Source: Botryllus schlosseri
Taxonomy: Eukaryota
Direction: 5' to 3'
DNA: 64,000 nt
NCBI GenBank assembly: GCA_051294905.1
Contig: CM119371.1
Location: 33,978,001 to 34,042,000 of the forward strand
The position numbers were made by a program, and so were the translations under genes. Positions 23,281-36,360 of the stretch are shown here, in pieces. The notes below the pieces were generated by a model. The model searched no databases, had not been told where the DNA came from, and worked only from the letters and a program-made list of their open reading frames with translations. Position 1 is the first letter of the stretch. Each line of letters begins with the position of its first letter.

Positions 23281-23655
23281 ATATTGTGGATTGGTGCCTG
23301 CAGTGAAAATCTATTAGCTACACTTTAAACACCGTGGCTTTCCTGGGAAAATGGTTGCTCTCGAAACGATTTCCGCTTCAATTAGAGGTCACATCATGTT
23401 CGGAGCGCTGCGCCCCTCTTTAGATACGAGAACGGTGTTTTACTAATGTAACGAAATGGCCGGATGTATCGGGCAAATTTGGACAGCGGGGAAATTTTCA
23501 GCTGTTCCAAATTAGATTAGCATCATAGTTCCAGTTGTTTCCGAGTAATCGATTAGAATTCGATTGACTGTATTCACAAAAACTCGGAACTTCAAATAAA
23601 TCACGAATTAGAACGACCAGAAAAACCAAAAATAATATTAGAATTACAATTAGAG

Positions 23656-23987
23656 CAGTGGTTCCCAACCTGGGTGCACGCCCCCCTTGGGCGCGGGAGG
23701 GGGCGTGAGAGCATTTAAGGGGGCGCAAAGAAGCGTCAACTGAAGAAATTTTTCGCGCTCCGCGCGATTTACCTCCAATCCACGCGTGTTTCTGTATATA
23801 TAGACCGAATTTCATATTTCTAACTCTCTCATCAACAGTCATAACCTTCCATTCCATCAAACAATCTGTTGAGGTTGCTAGCATCCCGGTAGGATTTTGT
23901 GATATGAAGATAAGGGGGGGGGGGGGGGGCGAAATTTTTCACCATCATAAAGGGGGGCGTGTCTGAAAAAAAGGTTGGGAACCACTG
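23656..23987. mobile_element. hAT MITE inserted in an AATTAG-rich element (about 23475-24100)
   Basis: TIR CAGTGGTTCCCAACC...GGTTGGGAACCACTG; perfect TSD AATTAGAG. Confidence 0.9.
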
Positions 23988-25495
23988 AATTAGAGGATAG
24001 AAATATTCTACATATTAGAGTAGGATAATTAGATTACCGGCATTCCGCTCCAATTAGTTTAATTTGACAACTGAAATTATCTATAGTTGTCCACGTCTGC
24101 TACTAGGTCTCCTCATACCGACCGATGTCTGGGGTATATCTGTAACCAAAGGGGCACTACTAATTGGTAACTATCCGATTCGATCATGTTGCTCGTGTCG
24201 GTGACTGAATTGCATCGAGACAGCGCCCGGGGCGATTTAACTATAGCGCTGAAAAATTATCATTTTGCTAGCAACGCGAACAGTTTTGTAGCTGGAAATA
24301 ACCGGGTAACGACAAGACGCTTTCAATATACAGTACTCAGGACGTACTTCGCGGATTGGCTTTGTCGTGTATGTGGGATTTCAAGTCATACAATTCGAGT
24401 TTACAGCATATCGGTGCTTGTTGCAGTTTCGTAGAGTAAATAACATAGTTATACCTGCAAGAATACAATGGCATGGTGTATAACTCAAGTCATTGAGTTA
24501 GTACAGTCAGGTCCATATCCACCTCGGGTAATATCGTCCAAACCCCAGAGTAACATACTGAGCAGGCTATGAGCTATTGTGTAGTGTAGATTGTTGACTT
24601 CCGCAAATAATTTCCAATTTTCATGGTTCCATCATCCATTCTAAACTGTATATAGCAATATGATTCCAGGAGTATGCGATAACTCGCAATAGCATGTGTT
24701 GTCGCAGCTATGGTAATTCGACGAAGGATGGAACTCGGAACGAATCCAAAAAACGTTCCTTAGTGCTCAAACTCATTCTGCGGTAATATTGCTTAACGAT
24801 CGGCATTCAAAGGGAATGTGACTATGATGAATCCCATCATCACGAGTCTGGAATGACAGTACACTTCAGTCTTTGAGACCAATACGCACTCCATTGACGC
24901 CCGTGTCACCAACTTTCCAATATTTGTATCAAGAGAATATCGTTTCTCGAATGTGAATTGATCTACGAAGTCACTACCCGATGCACACATCGCACGGACA
25001 TTTTGCTACCTATCCATTGCCAATGTTACAGCAGGAATAGTGCTTCACTCTCTGTCGAGTTCTGTTCTCCAAATAAGCCCAGAGACAGTCTCAAAGCTGT
25101 ATTTAATCCCTTAGTAGTTATCTGTACAAATGTGGCCCAACAGCTTTTACATTTGCGATTCATAAACTGATCCCATTTACAAATTCGCTTTGTGCATGCA
25201 TGCACATTGCACAATTAACTCTATAAATAGCGACGTGATCAATACGTCAATCATCTTGTAAAAATGCAATGACTTGAATTATGACTATTACTTCGAAAAT
25301 TCGCTTTGACTGCGGTTGACTCGAGTCAGCACCTTCAAATATCGATTGACTTGATTAGACCCGAGTCAAAATGGACAATGACTCGATCTGACTTGCCACT
25401 GGAAGGCTCCCAACACATTCCCAAGTTTCGTTATAAATGATACTGAATAACTATTTTGTTCTATATTCCCAGGATTAAGTTATATAGGAATTGTC

Positions 25496-25659
25496 ATGTT
25501 TGAATTGCGAGCGAACACACTTTATAGGCAATTTTCATTCGCCTGCATTCTGACAGTGTTGATGTTATATTTACTGAGCTCACAATCCACAGAGCTTCCC
25601 AAGGACGTTTTGAACAGAAAATTGGGTACACGCCATTCGAAAGTCCAGAATATATCAAG
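25496..25659 (+). CDS. GT32 paralog B, probable first coding exon (signal anchor); donor position uncertain (25625 or 25659)
   Basis: Acceptor ttcccag at 25472; MFELRANTLYRQFSFACILTVLMLYLLSSQ... has a hydrophobic type II anchor. The next exon needs phase 1, which fits G|gtacac at 25625 rather than AG|gtaggc at 25659. Confidence 0.6.
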
Positions 25660-25987
25660 GTAGGCACACGTTTCTCTATAGGTTAGGTACACGCCCTTTG
25701 TTACAGTTTCCTAAAAGCGACACTTCTTCCAACAAAAACTGTAAGAATTTGTGGCCACTCAAGCGATAATCTGACGCTTAGATCAAGAAAGGATATCGTC
25801 ATCTAAGTGCTACGCAAGCACGATATATATTTAACCCCCAGTCAAAACCGTGTTAATCTATCCCGGATATCTGTTTACATTGAGACTGCGATCTAAATAT
25901 GAATCAAAACGTGTAAGAAACCCAACCGACGCGTTCAACCATGAAATTTAGGAGTTGAAAATGGTTGCTGCCAAACTATTTTCGCAG

Positions 25988-26382
25988 GTTCATGTCAATT
26001 TAAGATCGCATCATATTTCGAGCGCAGTACCCCTTTAATCCCAATCGTGAGATTAAAATCATTTGTTCGTTCAATGCGTAACTACACGTCATGGTTAAGG
26101 GAAAACGAAGATATCTCGAAGCAGCACGCTTCCAAAGTGCCGGTGGCTGAAGAGAGTTTAGTGTACATGAGCGCGAAATTATTTGATGACTTACGAGAAG
26201 CACGACGAGCTGGTGCGTCGACGCGGCTTGACCTCTACTCGGGTAGGATCCGGGTTAATGTTAGCGATACAAACCTGCTGACCCCGGCGGAGTATTTGAA
26301 GCGTAAAGCGGAGAGATTTAACAAGAAACACGCGAACCCTTGGCCAAAGAGTCACATAAAGCCGACTCTGACTCCGTTTACG
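25988..26382 (+). CDS. GT32 paralog B stem-region exon
   Basis: tcgcag| open frame ...LVYMSAKLFDDLREARRAG...EYLKRKAERFNKKHANPWPKSHIKPTLTPFT|gtaatc. Clearly homologous to 60072-60351. Confidence 0.8.
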
Positions 26383-26782
26383 GTAATCCCTTCTATTGTT
26401 TGTTTGAAGTATTCATGGTGTTCTTCGGCTGCTGGGGCCTCTAGGGATGTTAAAAAAACATTCTTTTTCCGAATCTTGCGGATTCGGTGATTAAATCGTT
26501 AGGTTGCCTTGGAAAACGACGCACTACAAATGTGAATTCATTCCAGCCAGTAATCGCGAATATCTTACAGGTTGAAAATTTTGAAATTACTAACAAACGC
26601 AAATCTTTTTTTCATGGTGGATTCAGTCAACCTCAGAAAATTGTTGAACTGTCTTCAAAAACGATGCAAAAAAATTGACACAATTCCAACCTGTAGAAGC
26701 GGAGTTATTTGATATTTTCGATGATAATTCTTGGATTATCGACCGATCAAAGATAATCCAACATGCCGACTTGTATCTCGGT

Positions 26783-27186
26783 TCGGCTTGCATTTAAAAC
26801 AAACGGTGTTTTAAAACACTTTGTTCAAAACATGTTTTAAATGGTGCTTTCAGCAAAAGCCTTTAAAAATATTGTTTTTTCAAGTTGTAAAATTGTGCCA
26901 TAATTGTGTAAATACTTCCAAAAAACATGTTGCATAAGCCTACGGACAATTACCACCCGATATAGCCGACGTATATCGACATGGGATTGTTGGAACCCTC
27001 AAAATAGTCGGTTCAACGTCAATGGTACAGAGCTATATTTAGCATATATTTTTGTTTGTCAATGTCAATTAACTATTACATCGCAATTCAATATTCGTGA
27101 CATCATGTCTTAAAAATGTTTAAATCAGGGCCTTGTTTTAAACATGTTTGTTTTAAATTGATTTTTTTCTTCTAAATGCAACCCTA
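26783..27186. mobile_element. MITE with TTTTAAAAC/AAACATGTTT repeats, inserted into a SINE
   Basis: Imperfect TIR ggcttgcatttaaaa...ttctaaatgcaaaccc; it splits the SINE sequence gccgacttgt|agcacggcccac. Confidence 0.6.
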
Positions 27187-27364
27187 AGCACGGCCCACTT
27201 CTAGGCATTTGTGAAACATCGCTTCCACGGATGATATGGCGTGGAAGAGCCTAGATAAACCTCTAACACTTACGGAGGATTTCTGGAGTCGATATCGGTC
27301 GGAGTCGAACCCGCGACCCATTGGTGTTGCAGCTGTGTATCATACCGCTACGCTATGTCGCCAC
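27187..27364 (-). mobile_element. 5' part of the tRNA-derived SINE
   Basis: Reverse complement of 10540-10718, including the A and B boxes. Confidence 0.85.
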
Positions 27365-27744
27365 CTCTTTTATAATATTAGTGTGATACGGGCATAGAGT
27401 TGGTCAAAGTAATGAGCTTCGCCATACTTCTGGTGATTATTGTTTCTTCCCAATTCCATGATTATTTCCGTTCATTATACGCACTCGTGTATTATCTCTC
27501 GGCCGGGTGCTTTTGTGCATCGCGTTTAGTGTGTTTAGGTAGAAGTAAAGCGCTAACGTCCCGTTCAATTTGATGCAGAAGTAGTAATTTAGTAATTTCC
27601 TGCGTTGTAGTAAAGTCTCAAGGTTCCGAGTCACAATTCAAATTTACTTTCATATTTTTAACGCCAGTCAAGTCCAGCGGTTCTTTTCATTTTGGCACCG
27701 AGTCAAATACGAATGAAAGTCCAGGGAGCAATGGATCACGTACG

Positions 27745-29031
27745 CAGAGGTGGTCAGTAACGAAGTACTTCTACTTTTTGGAAGTACTCAAGTAGTTTTC
27801 CTCTACTTGTGGTACTTACTCAAGTAGATCTGATTTTCTCTACTTCTACTTCTACTTCATAAAATTTTGTGATCTACTTACTTACTTTTCGCAATTTTCA
27901 GTTTGTCAAGTAGAAGTAGTATAATCCCCCAATACGAAAGATAGCCTGAGGAATTTCGGGGCTGTTTTCATGGAGTACCAACATTTAATATTCGTGAAAG
28001 TCGAGTAAAGCCCAGAAATTTTGTTGCGCTTCGCGCATAGTAGTAATGGACTGACAAATATGTCTTCAAGAAAGTATCAGTGAATAATATTTAGGTACCG
28101 GATTGCTTGATTCCTCTCACACCGCATTGTCGCCCATATCAAATATTTCATCACAGTAAATATGACCCACCATAGCGTTTGAAACTACCGTTTCGCAATC
28201 TAGCAATTACCTATCATATCGTAATCTAGCAGGCCATTACGTGTCTTGCTAATATGGAAAATCCAGCTTTTTTTTAACGTTACACCTATTTTAGCAGATC
28301 ACCTTTGAAGCTTTATGGACAAAAGACTTGGAGTATGATTTCCACTTTTAGAAGTGGTATTTGTATTTCACTTTCAATTGCGAGTATCATACTTTGAGTA
28401 GTAATTACTTTCAGTTATTTTGTCTACAGGACATACATGTTGAAGCACAAAAGATAGTGTAATAATGCCTCTATTTTCCGAAAATAAAGCTACACTAATA
28501 AATATAACTTATAAGATCCACAATATTTGTTATTAACGTATACTAATCGCGCAAAGTGATGAAACCATATCCGATACAACTTCTACGTATTGCTCTTCGC
28601 CTAAACTTGGCGCCTTATAATATGGGGTAGGGCGGCATGCCATGATATTCTCTAAAAACGGGGTATTCTAGTAAACAAATGGTTAGTATCGCACTTTCAT
28701 ATTAATACTATAATTTGCATCCCATGATGCGAATCAATGTTTATTCAGTCGAATATTGATACCTCCTGGTATGCATCAATGCGAATCAAGCTCTCTGCAC
28801 CTGCCGCATAGCTCAATTCGCAGCTTTTGACTGTCCATGCGAACGAATTAAGACTGTTTTCAAAACTACTTACTTACTTGAGTAGATTTAAAGTCGGCCA
28901 ATTCTACTTCTACTTCAAGTAGTTTTAGGTGGCTCATTGAAGAAGTACTTCTACTCGTACTTGAGTAGATTTATTCGTCGCTACTTCTACTTCTACTTGA
29001 GTAGCTTTCTTGGCTACTTTGACCACCTCTG
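27745..29031. mobile_element. Second copy of the CAGAGGTGGTCA hAT element, nested in a GACTCGAGTC-rich element (about 27615-29280)
   Basis: Collinear with 11911-13073 and has the same TIRs; TSD not clean. Confidence 0.9.
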
Positions 29032-29882
29032 CGTACTAGTCATATTAGTGTTGAGACTCGAGTCCTAGTCCAAGTCCAAGTCATAGAGTTTACTTTTTAT
29101 TATTGAAATCGAGACAGGTTCAACTCACTTCTTTGAAACTCTTTGGTGATATCGAAGGCCTCGTATGCATAATCTACTAATATTTCTCAGTCACACGGAT
29201 AAAATAAGGTTCTTGACTCGAGTACAAGTTGAGTTCCCACTAAAATTGACTCAAGTCGAGTCGCGTCAATCTCCATTCTTAAAAAAGTCAACGATAAATT
29301 GGTACTTGAGGCTGATAGCCGTAGATAATAGGATATGTAAGGTATTCAAGTACCAAAGTATGCTCCAATAAGCACATCGGTTCAGTTACGAAATCGCATG
29401 GTATATCTTCGCGACCAAGGCAAATTGACCAATCACGCCACAGATACGTGATATTTTCGAAATAACGTTCGGTTATCGCGATACAGGGGCTGCCTCGTCA
29501 TGACTAGAACCCAACCAATGCCAGCCAGATTGGTGAGCCGACACCAATGTAACGGATAACCCAGGCAAATTCAGCCGATATTATGAAAATATGACAAATA
29601 GCTCAAGTCACATTACCGAATCTCCAGAGCATTTATATCAGTGGTTCTCAACGTGGGCGATATCTCTCCCCCTCCCCGGTGGGCGATTTTGAGGAACAGA
29701 GGGGGATGGATAACAAAGGGGCTGTTTAGGTGCGAAAACGTGCTAGAAAGCTAGAACGCTCCACCAGATATATTTAACAACACCACCAACAACATGTTGT
29801 GGAATCATAATAATTGCCGATATTTTTTACATTTGATAACCGATATTTCTTTCAAACTGTGACATTGACTCGATATTATCAG

Positions 29883-30397
29883 TAGGGCTGGGCAAAATGA
29901 TTCGAGTACTCGAATCTGAATCGAGTAGTAATTTTAATGATTCGAGTCGAGTAGTAAAAGACGATTTTTTCGAGTACTGAAATTATACGGTCCTCGCAAC
30001 TGAAAGTTAATTTACTGACGAGAATTATAGTTTTGATACTGTTTTCCACTGAGGAAGTCGTGAAACCTTGATTGGCCGTGTTTCAGCATACCAGGCACAG
30101 TACAAAGCTACGAACGTTACTGGAAATAGCACATTTCCGAAGTCATTATCATCCAAAAAAATTGTTAAGAAGTGCAATGAAATCGGTATGGTCGAAAAAA
30201 TACCAAAGCATCTTTAATGTGATGGATAACAGGCATTACGTTCTTTGTGGTGGCAAAAAAGGTTCATATTTGGACTTCGACATAGTACATCCTGTTGTGA
30301 CGTCATAATGAGTGATGCTCGATTACTCGACTCGACTCGAAGCATATTACGTGATTCAGAATCGAATCACTCAGGTACTCGATTTTGCCCAGCCCTA
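29883..30397. mobile_element. hAT (Ac-type) MITE
   Basis: TIR TAGGGCTGGGCAAAAT...ATTTTGCCCAGCCCTA; perfect TSD ATTATCAG. Confidence 0.92.
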
Positions 30398-30860
30398 ATT
30401 ATCAGCAAACCGATTATTGTTCGGGTTCTAGCCATGGCATATTCACCTAAGTGTAGATAGTGTACCCTACTGAGAAGGTGAGGTGGATGTAGTTTAAAAC
30501 ATCATCACCTCAGAAAGAAGTACAAGTAAGCAGCAAAAACATTCCACCACATGATCGGACCTGGTTAATAAAAATTTATCCACTTTCGTAACAATTAAGA
30601 ATGTCTCATATTTTCAAACTGTATTGGTACGTCACACTCAACCATATATCGATAGGTTTTAGAATAAAGACAGCACACATTTTTAGTGGTAAGTTATTAT
30701 TCTGGTTTCAAATTACATTGGGATAGTTTCCTTTGAAACTATATTGATGACTGTAGTTGTTAACCACCCGGAGCCGTATACCCGAATCATTGCTCGCGCC
30801 AGTTAAATCGCAACTCTGACTTCGTCAGCTCATTCATGTGTAACGTTTGGCATATCGCAG

Positions 30861-30998
30861 CGCCCGCCGGCCAAGCTTGGTCAGATCCTATCCCTCATCA
30901 ACGAAATTGATATGGAGCTGCAGCCAGAAGAGATTAGAAAAAATCTCTTGCTTGAAGATATGAGGAGATATGAACTGGAAGATGATGACATCATGGAG
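30861..30998 (+). CDS. GT32 paralog B exon
   Basis: tcgcag|RPPAKLGQILSLINEIDMELQPEEIRKNLLLEDMRRYELEDDDIME|gtttgt, phase 0 to 0. Homologous to 62055-62189. Confidence 0.8.
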
Positions 30999-31079
30999 GT
31001 TTGTCGCTGAGTCGAGTCAATTTTATGATATATACATAAAGTTATTATTACCAGAGTAATAGAACCGGTTGTTATTTAG

Positions 31080-31186
31080 ATACCAGAAGTACAAGCGGAA
31101 TTGACCAAGCTTACAACTTCGATACCAAACATTGTTCACTACATATGGTTCAACTGCCGCAAATTCAAATTCCACCATTTCCTCAG
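31080..31186 (+). CDS. GT32 paralog B exon (start of catalytic domain), GC donor
   Basis: atttag|IPEVQAELTKLTTSIPNIVHYIWFNCRKFKFHHFLS|gcaagc. IPxIVHYIW is the typical GT32 N-terminal motif; phase 2 matches the next exon. Confidence 0.85.
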
Positions 31187-31641
31187 GCAAGCTCTATTAA
31201 TTATTATGATTCCTCTCGAATCCAAATTGAGTCATTGTGCGATCAGGCTTGATACCTTTTCGTGGTGCTAGCTACAATTCACAATGTTGAATTGATGCGA
31301 CAGTATCACTATCCTGACTGTTGCCAAATTTGGTTTACCATAAAACGTTGGTGTTTTCGGTTCGGGCACAGGTAGCCTATATCAGCTGTAGCGTAACAAT
31401 CCCGCTCTCAAGGCTCAGCGTTTTCCGGTCATTGGATACAAATCTTCTGATAATATGCTTTTTGTGTGCGCACAAATTCCCGGGTCGATATCAACATCGA
31501 ATTCGTCATGGGAGCAGACGACCGGAGCTTGGTCGCACTTACACGTGAGTGATGTTCAGAACCGGCCACTCATGTAGCCTACTCTATGCATTTATGGGCA
31601 CGGGAAGGCTGTTATAAGTGCGTATGTAGATATAGGCTACT

Positions 31642-34551
31642 TAGGGTTGTTCAGAATTGACCGACTTTCAAAAAGTCCAGGTTTTCAGTCCGATTCCCAT
31701 GCCTTATACCTTAAAAACATATTCTTGCTACTTTTTTTTGAAACTCGTCCCCTGCATCCGTGTGCACATTGAGCTGGAAGAATAGCAGCTGAAAATAGTG
31801 GATTCCTCTAAAATCTGAGTGTAACGATTTTACCTAGCTTAGTTAAAATGACATATAACATGGATTTATGCAGCTGTTGCGGTTTGGAGTGCTACAAAAC
31901 CCCACTGTATAAGGCATTCCTAGTTCAGGATATCATTTCCATGCCCCGCACTGCCTTAGAACTGCTCAAAACTACCTAAAACTGATAGTCATTTTGTTGG
32001 ATCACATATCCTACACCCCTGAAACCTACCTGGCACTGTTCATCAATTTCCTGGATCCCCATGTGCAAGAATACAATTGTAAATATAACATCCACTCACA
32101 GCCACATAATAAACATCACACGAAACGAAAAAATAAGGCAATGAAAGAGATCAACTTGGCAAAATATTACATAAATCAGGCGGATGAAATGGTTGCTTTC
32201 CAGAAATCTGCATATCTGTTACGGAGATCTTCCACAGCTTGTAGGAGGCTCGCTCGCTGTTTTTTGTCATCCGTTATGAACGCAGCATAGTCGGTACTTA
32301 ATTTTACCATACGCTCTGCTGCATCATTAACTACTTCAACAGTATTCACAAATTCTTGAGCAGTCACGAAATACGGATCAGTATGCCATTCCGAAACTGG
32401 AAGACTCAACCAATCATGTTCCACAATCCACATGTATAGCATCAAATAGAAACCACGATTCTGGCCCAATCAAATCGACCATACTCATTGACTCAGAGAC
32501 AGAGTCAGAGATCAGACTGAGATGCATACCTCTGCGAAATTGTTCAGGGATTGGCATTTTCAGCAATTTAGCAGCCATCGCTTCCTTCAGTTTGTCAGGA
32601 ATCTTTGGATTAGCCGAGAACATGGTAAATACCACCATTTCCTTAGTTAGATACCAATGATGTTTTCGCAATTTCTTGTATGCCACATCAGCAACAGTGA
32701 GATCGCATAGTGAAAAGTTTTCCATGTCATGAAGGAATTTGAAATCATTCCAAGGTGCGTCACATGCAATACCAGTTTTCAACCAAGCTGGAACATAAAA
32801 CAAAGCAATGAATGTATTGATTCGTTCCAACTTTTCAATGAACTCTTCAGAATAGTCCATTTGCTCACTCCACATGAACATTTTTTTTTACAGTACAGGA
32901 CTTGACTCATCCACCTAGCGCTATGAGTAGCACCAGGCTTGCGAAAACGATGATCAACATATTTGTCATCCAAAATCGCCAAGGTGCCTGTTGCACATTC
33001 TCTGTAGTCAACTCTTATCAAGACTTCTTTCTGCTTTCCATCATTGGGTTTCATCAGTGGACTTATTTCTTGCTTTGCTTCATCAGCTTTCATCGCCAAC
33101 CAGCTGCCTTCAATAAACTTCAGCGTTTTATAGCTTCTTGATTTATCAATATGTTTCCACTTCGTCTTGAAGGTATTAAAATCCGTGTTTTCAGGGCCTG
33201 TGGTTGTCGATCCAAACAAACACTTCCAAACCTCTCGAATGACCAGTTCTTAAATATGATGGCGACAGGCATTGATTCGGGCAGGCATTGATATTCGAAT
33301 GTATTGACATGAACATTGTTCATGTGGAGTGAGCAAATGGACTATTCTGAAGACTTCATTGAAAAATTGGAACGAATCAATACATTCATTGCTTTGTTTT
33401 ATGTTCCAGCTTGGTTGAAAACTGGTATTGCATGTGACGCACCTTGGAGTGATCTCAAATTCCTTCATGACATGAAAAACTTTCCATTATGCGATCTCCC
33501 TGTTGCTGATGTGGCATACAAGAAATTGCGAAAACATCAATGGTAACCAACTGAGGAAATGGTGGTATTTACCATGTTCTCGGCTAATCCAAAGATTCCT
33601 GACAAACTGAAGGAAGCGATGGCTGCTAAATTGCTGAAAATGCCAATCCCCGAACAATTTCGCAGAGGTATGCCTCTCAGTCTGATCCCTGACTCTGAGT
33701 CAATGAGTATGGTCGATTTGATTGGGCCATGCAGAATCGTGGTTTCTATTTGATGCTATACATGTGGAACATGATTGGTTGAGTCTTCCAGTTTCGGAAT
33801 GGCATACTGATCCGGATTTCGTGACTGCTCAAGAATTTGTGAATACTGTTGAAGTAGTTAATGATGCAGCAGAGCGTATGGTAAAATTAAATACCGACTA
33901 TGCTGCGTTCATAATGGATGACAAAAAACAGCGAGCGAGCCTCCTACAAGCTGTGGAAGATCACCGGAACAGATATGCAGATTTCTCGAAAGCAACCATT
34001 TCATCCACCTGATTTATGTAATATTTTGCCAAGTTGATCTCTTTCATTGCCTAATTTTTTTCGTTTTATGTGATGTTTATTATGTGGCTGTGAGTGGATG
34101 TTACATTTACAGTTGTATTCTTTCACATGGGGATCCAGGAAATTGATGAACAGTGCCGGGTAGGTTTCAGGGGTGTAGGACATGTGGTCCAACAAAATGT
34201 CTATCAGTTTTAGGGAGTTTTGAGCAGTTCTAAGGCAGTGTGGGACATGGAAATGATATCCTGAACCAGGAATGCCTTATATAGTGTGGTTTTGTAGCAC
34301 TCCAAACCGCAACAGCTGCATAAATCCATGTTATATGTCACTTTAACTAAGCTAGGTAAAATCGTGACACTCAGATTTTAGGGGAATCCCCTATTTTCAG
34401 CTGCTATTCTTCCAGCTCAATGTGCACACGGATGCAGGGGACGAGTTACATAAAAAAAAGTAGCCAGAATATGTTTTTAAGGTATATAAGGCATGGGAAT
34501 CGGACGGAAAACCTGGACTTTTTGAAAGTCAGTCAATTCTGAAGAACCCTA
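31642..34551. mobile_element. Palindromic hATm-like transposon derivative: two outward-facing 3' halves of a defective transposase gene
   Basis: Arms 31642-32880 and 33317-34551 are inverted copies ending in TAGGGTT(G/C)TTCAG. Translations ACRHHI, PGATHSARWM, LFYVPAWL, HHWYL and VVNDAAERMVKL match hATm-type transposases as I recall them. Frameshifts and stops in both arms. Confidence 0.85.
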
Positions 34552-35005
34552 ATATACATGTATAAAATAGATGTTTAACGAAATCTGCACATCAGCAGCT
34601 TCTGGTAGGAAATTTCAACGGGTACAACGAGTCAAATGCGCAATCTCTATGTAGGTATATGACCCTAAGAGGCGTAGCGGATTCTTTTCACGTGTACCGT
34701 ACCACCTTTCTTTGTCTTCCTGTATTCCTGATATACATATTCGTAAGAAGTGGTGAATGCGACTCGTTCTACCCGTTGACCCGAGTGTGAAAGCAAATCT
34801 TGTACCATAAAGTTTACTTTGCCTCATTCGCACCATACGTTATGGCGGAAAACATCGAAATGCACGATTTCCGATTACACTGAAATGATTCGCGAACGTG
34901 AGATGGTGATTATGGTCATCGAACAACGTGGTTTTCAACTACGAGATTCCACTCGTGTCTTTTGCATTGCCATGTTATGGAAATGATCGGACTCTGCCTT
35001 GGGAG

Positions 35006-35253
35006 CAGGGGCGTAGTAGCCGCTTGGCCGTTCTGGCTCTGCGCCAGGGACGGCAGACTGCAAGGTGCGGCAAAATGTCAGCTGGTGACCTTTTTTCTAG
35101 TCAACACTACAGAATTACTGAAAATCTGGGTAATACGGGACTTAAGGCGTGGTGATGACTATATTTAGTCAACACAAGATTTCCAGTGAATATAAATTTG
35201 AGCGACATTTTCAACGAAAGCCAGTGGCGGCAGCATATGCTCCTACGCCACTG
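35006..35253. mobile_element. Small hAT-like MITE
   Basis: TIR CAGGGGCGTAG...CTACGCCACTG; TSD CTTGGGAG/CTTGGGGG. Confidence 0.75.
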
Positions 35254-35791
35254 CTTGGGGGTAGGCTACTTCAAGTGAACCGGTGGGACGCGGACAAAGA
35301 TTCGTCTCGTAAGAACTGACCGAAGCGATTCATTCCTAATTCTGCACTCACCATTAAAATTAAATGGATGCTATATTCCACTCGTTCCCAATGTGGGTGG
35401 TGATAGCCCCGGGTGGGCGATTTCAAGGGCGGAAATACTAAAGGTGCCGACTGGGGGAGGGGTGTTAGAACGTCAACTAGTGAGATAATTTATTTAACAC
35501 GGCCAAACAATGCCCGTGAAGACGGCATATGATGCAAAAAAAGGTCAACACGACGGGAACTGTTTTTCCAAGCATCTGCTCGTAATAGTTGCCCTTTTAG
35601 TCAATAAACCACGATTAGAGTTTTACGGGGGAATAATTTCTCCGTACCTATATCCTCTTTTTTGAATCTGTAAATGTGGGTGGTAGGGGGCGAAATTTTG
35701 TGTCGATCTGGATTAACGGTTCGATGTGTTGAAAAAGGCTGGAAACTACTGGTATATTCTAAACTTTGATTTATCCCATTGCTATCTCCAG

Positions 35792-35954
35792 TTTCGAAAG
35801 TGTACTCGACATACAGAAACCTGTATTGATACTGGTACATGCCGACTGTCCACCTAACGGCTCATATTTCGAAAAGATTTCTCAGCTAGCCGGACCCAAG
35901 CTGAGAATAGTAAGACGATCACAACCAACGGACGTTTGGGGAATCAAAGTTCAG
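35792..35954 (+). CDS. GT32 paralog B exon
   Basis: ctccag|FESVLDIQKPVLILVHADCPPNGSYFEKISQLAGPKLRIVRRSQPTDVWGIKVQ|gtaagg, phase 2 to 0. Confidence 0.88.
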
Positions 35955-36360
35955 GTAAGGTAACCTTCACTTGAACCTGCCTCTACCGTATAGTCACCAC
36001 AGTTCCAATCAAGCCATAATTTTGAGATGCATAACGTAGATCTCGATATACCCACATGGTCGATCATATACCGGGGCCAATTGATATAAGAAAATCGTTT
36101 TTGCGTATATTTGGCACCTGTCAAACTCTGGAAACATAGGCCACCATATCGGAAGAACTGCCTGCTTCACAAAAATTCTCAATCAATTTGGTTTATCCTT
36201 CAATCAAGTTTCTTCAAGTTCAGATCCGCGTTGCGATAAAGCGTGCAGGCGCGTATCTATTAACAGCTGCATCTTCCAGCTTCTGGTATATGGTATATTA
36301 GTGCATGCAAAAGGAAATCGCCATACAAAGGCCTAAATCTTGAAAAAACTTGTTTTCCAG

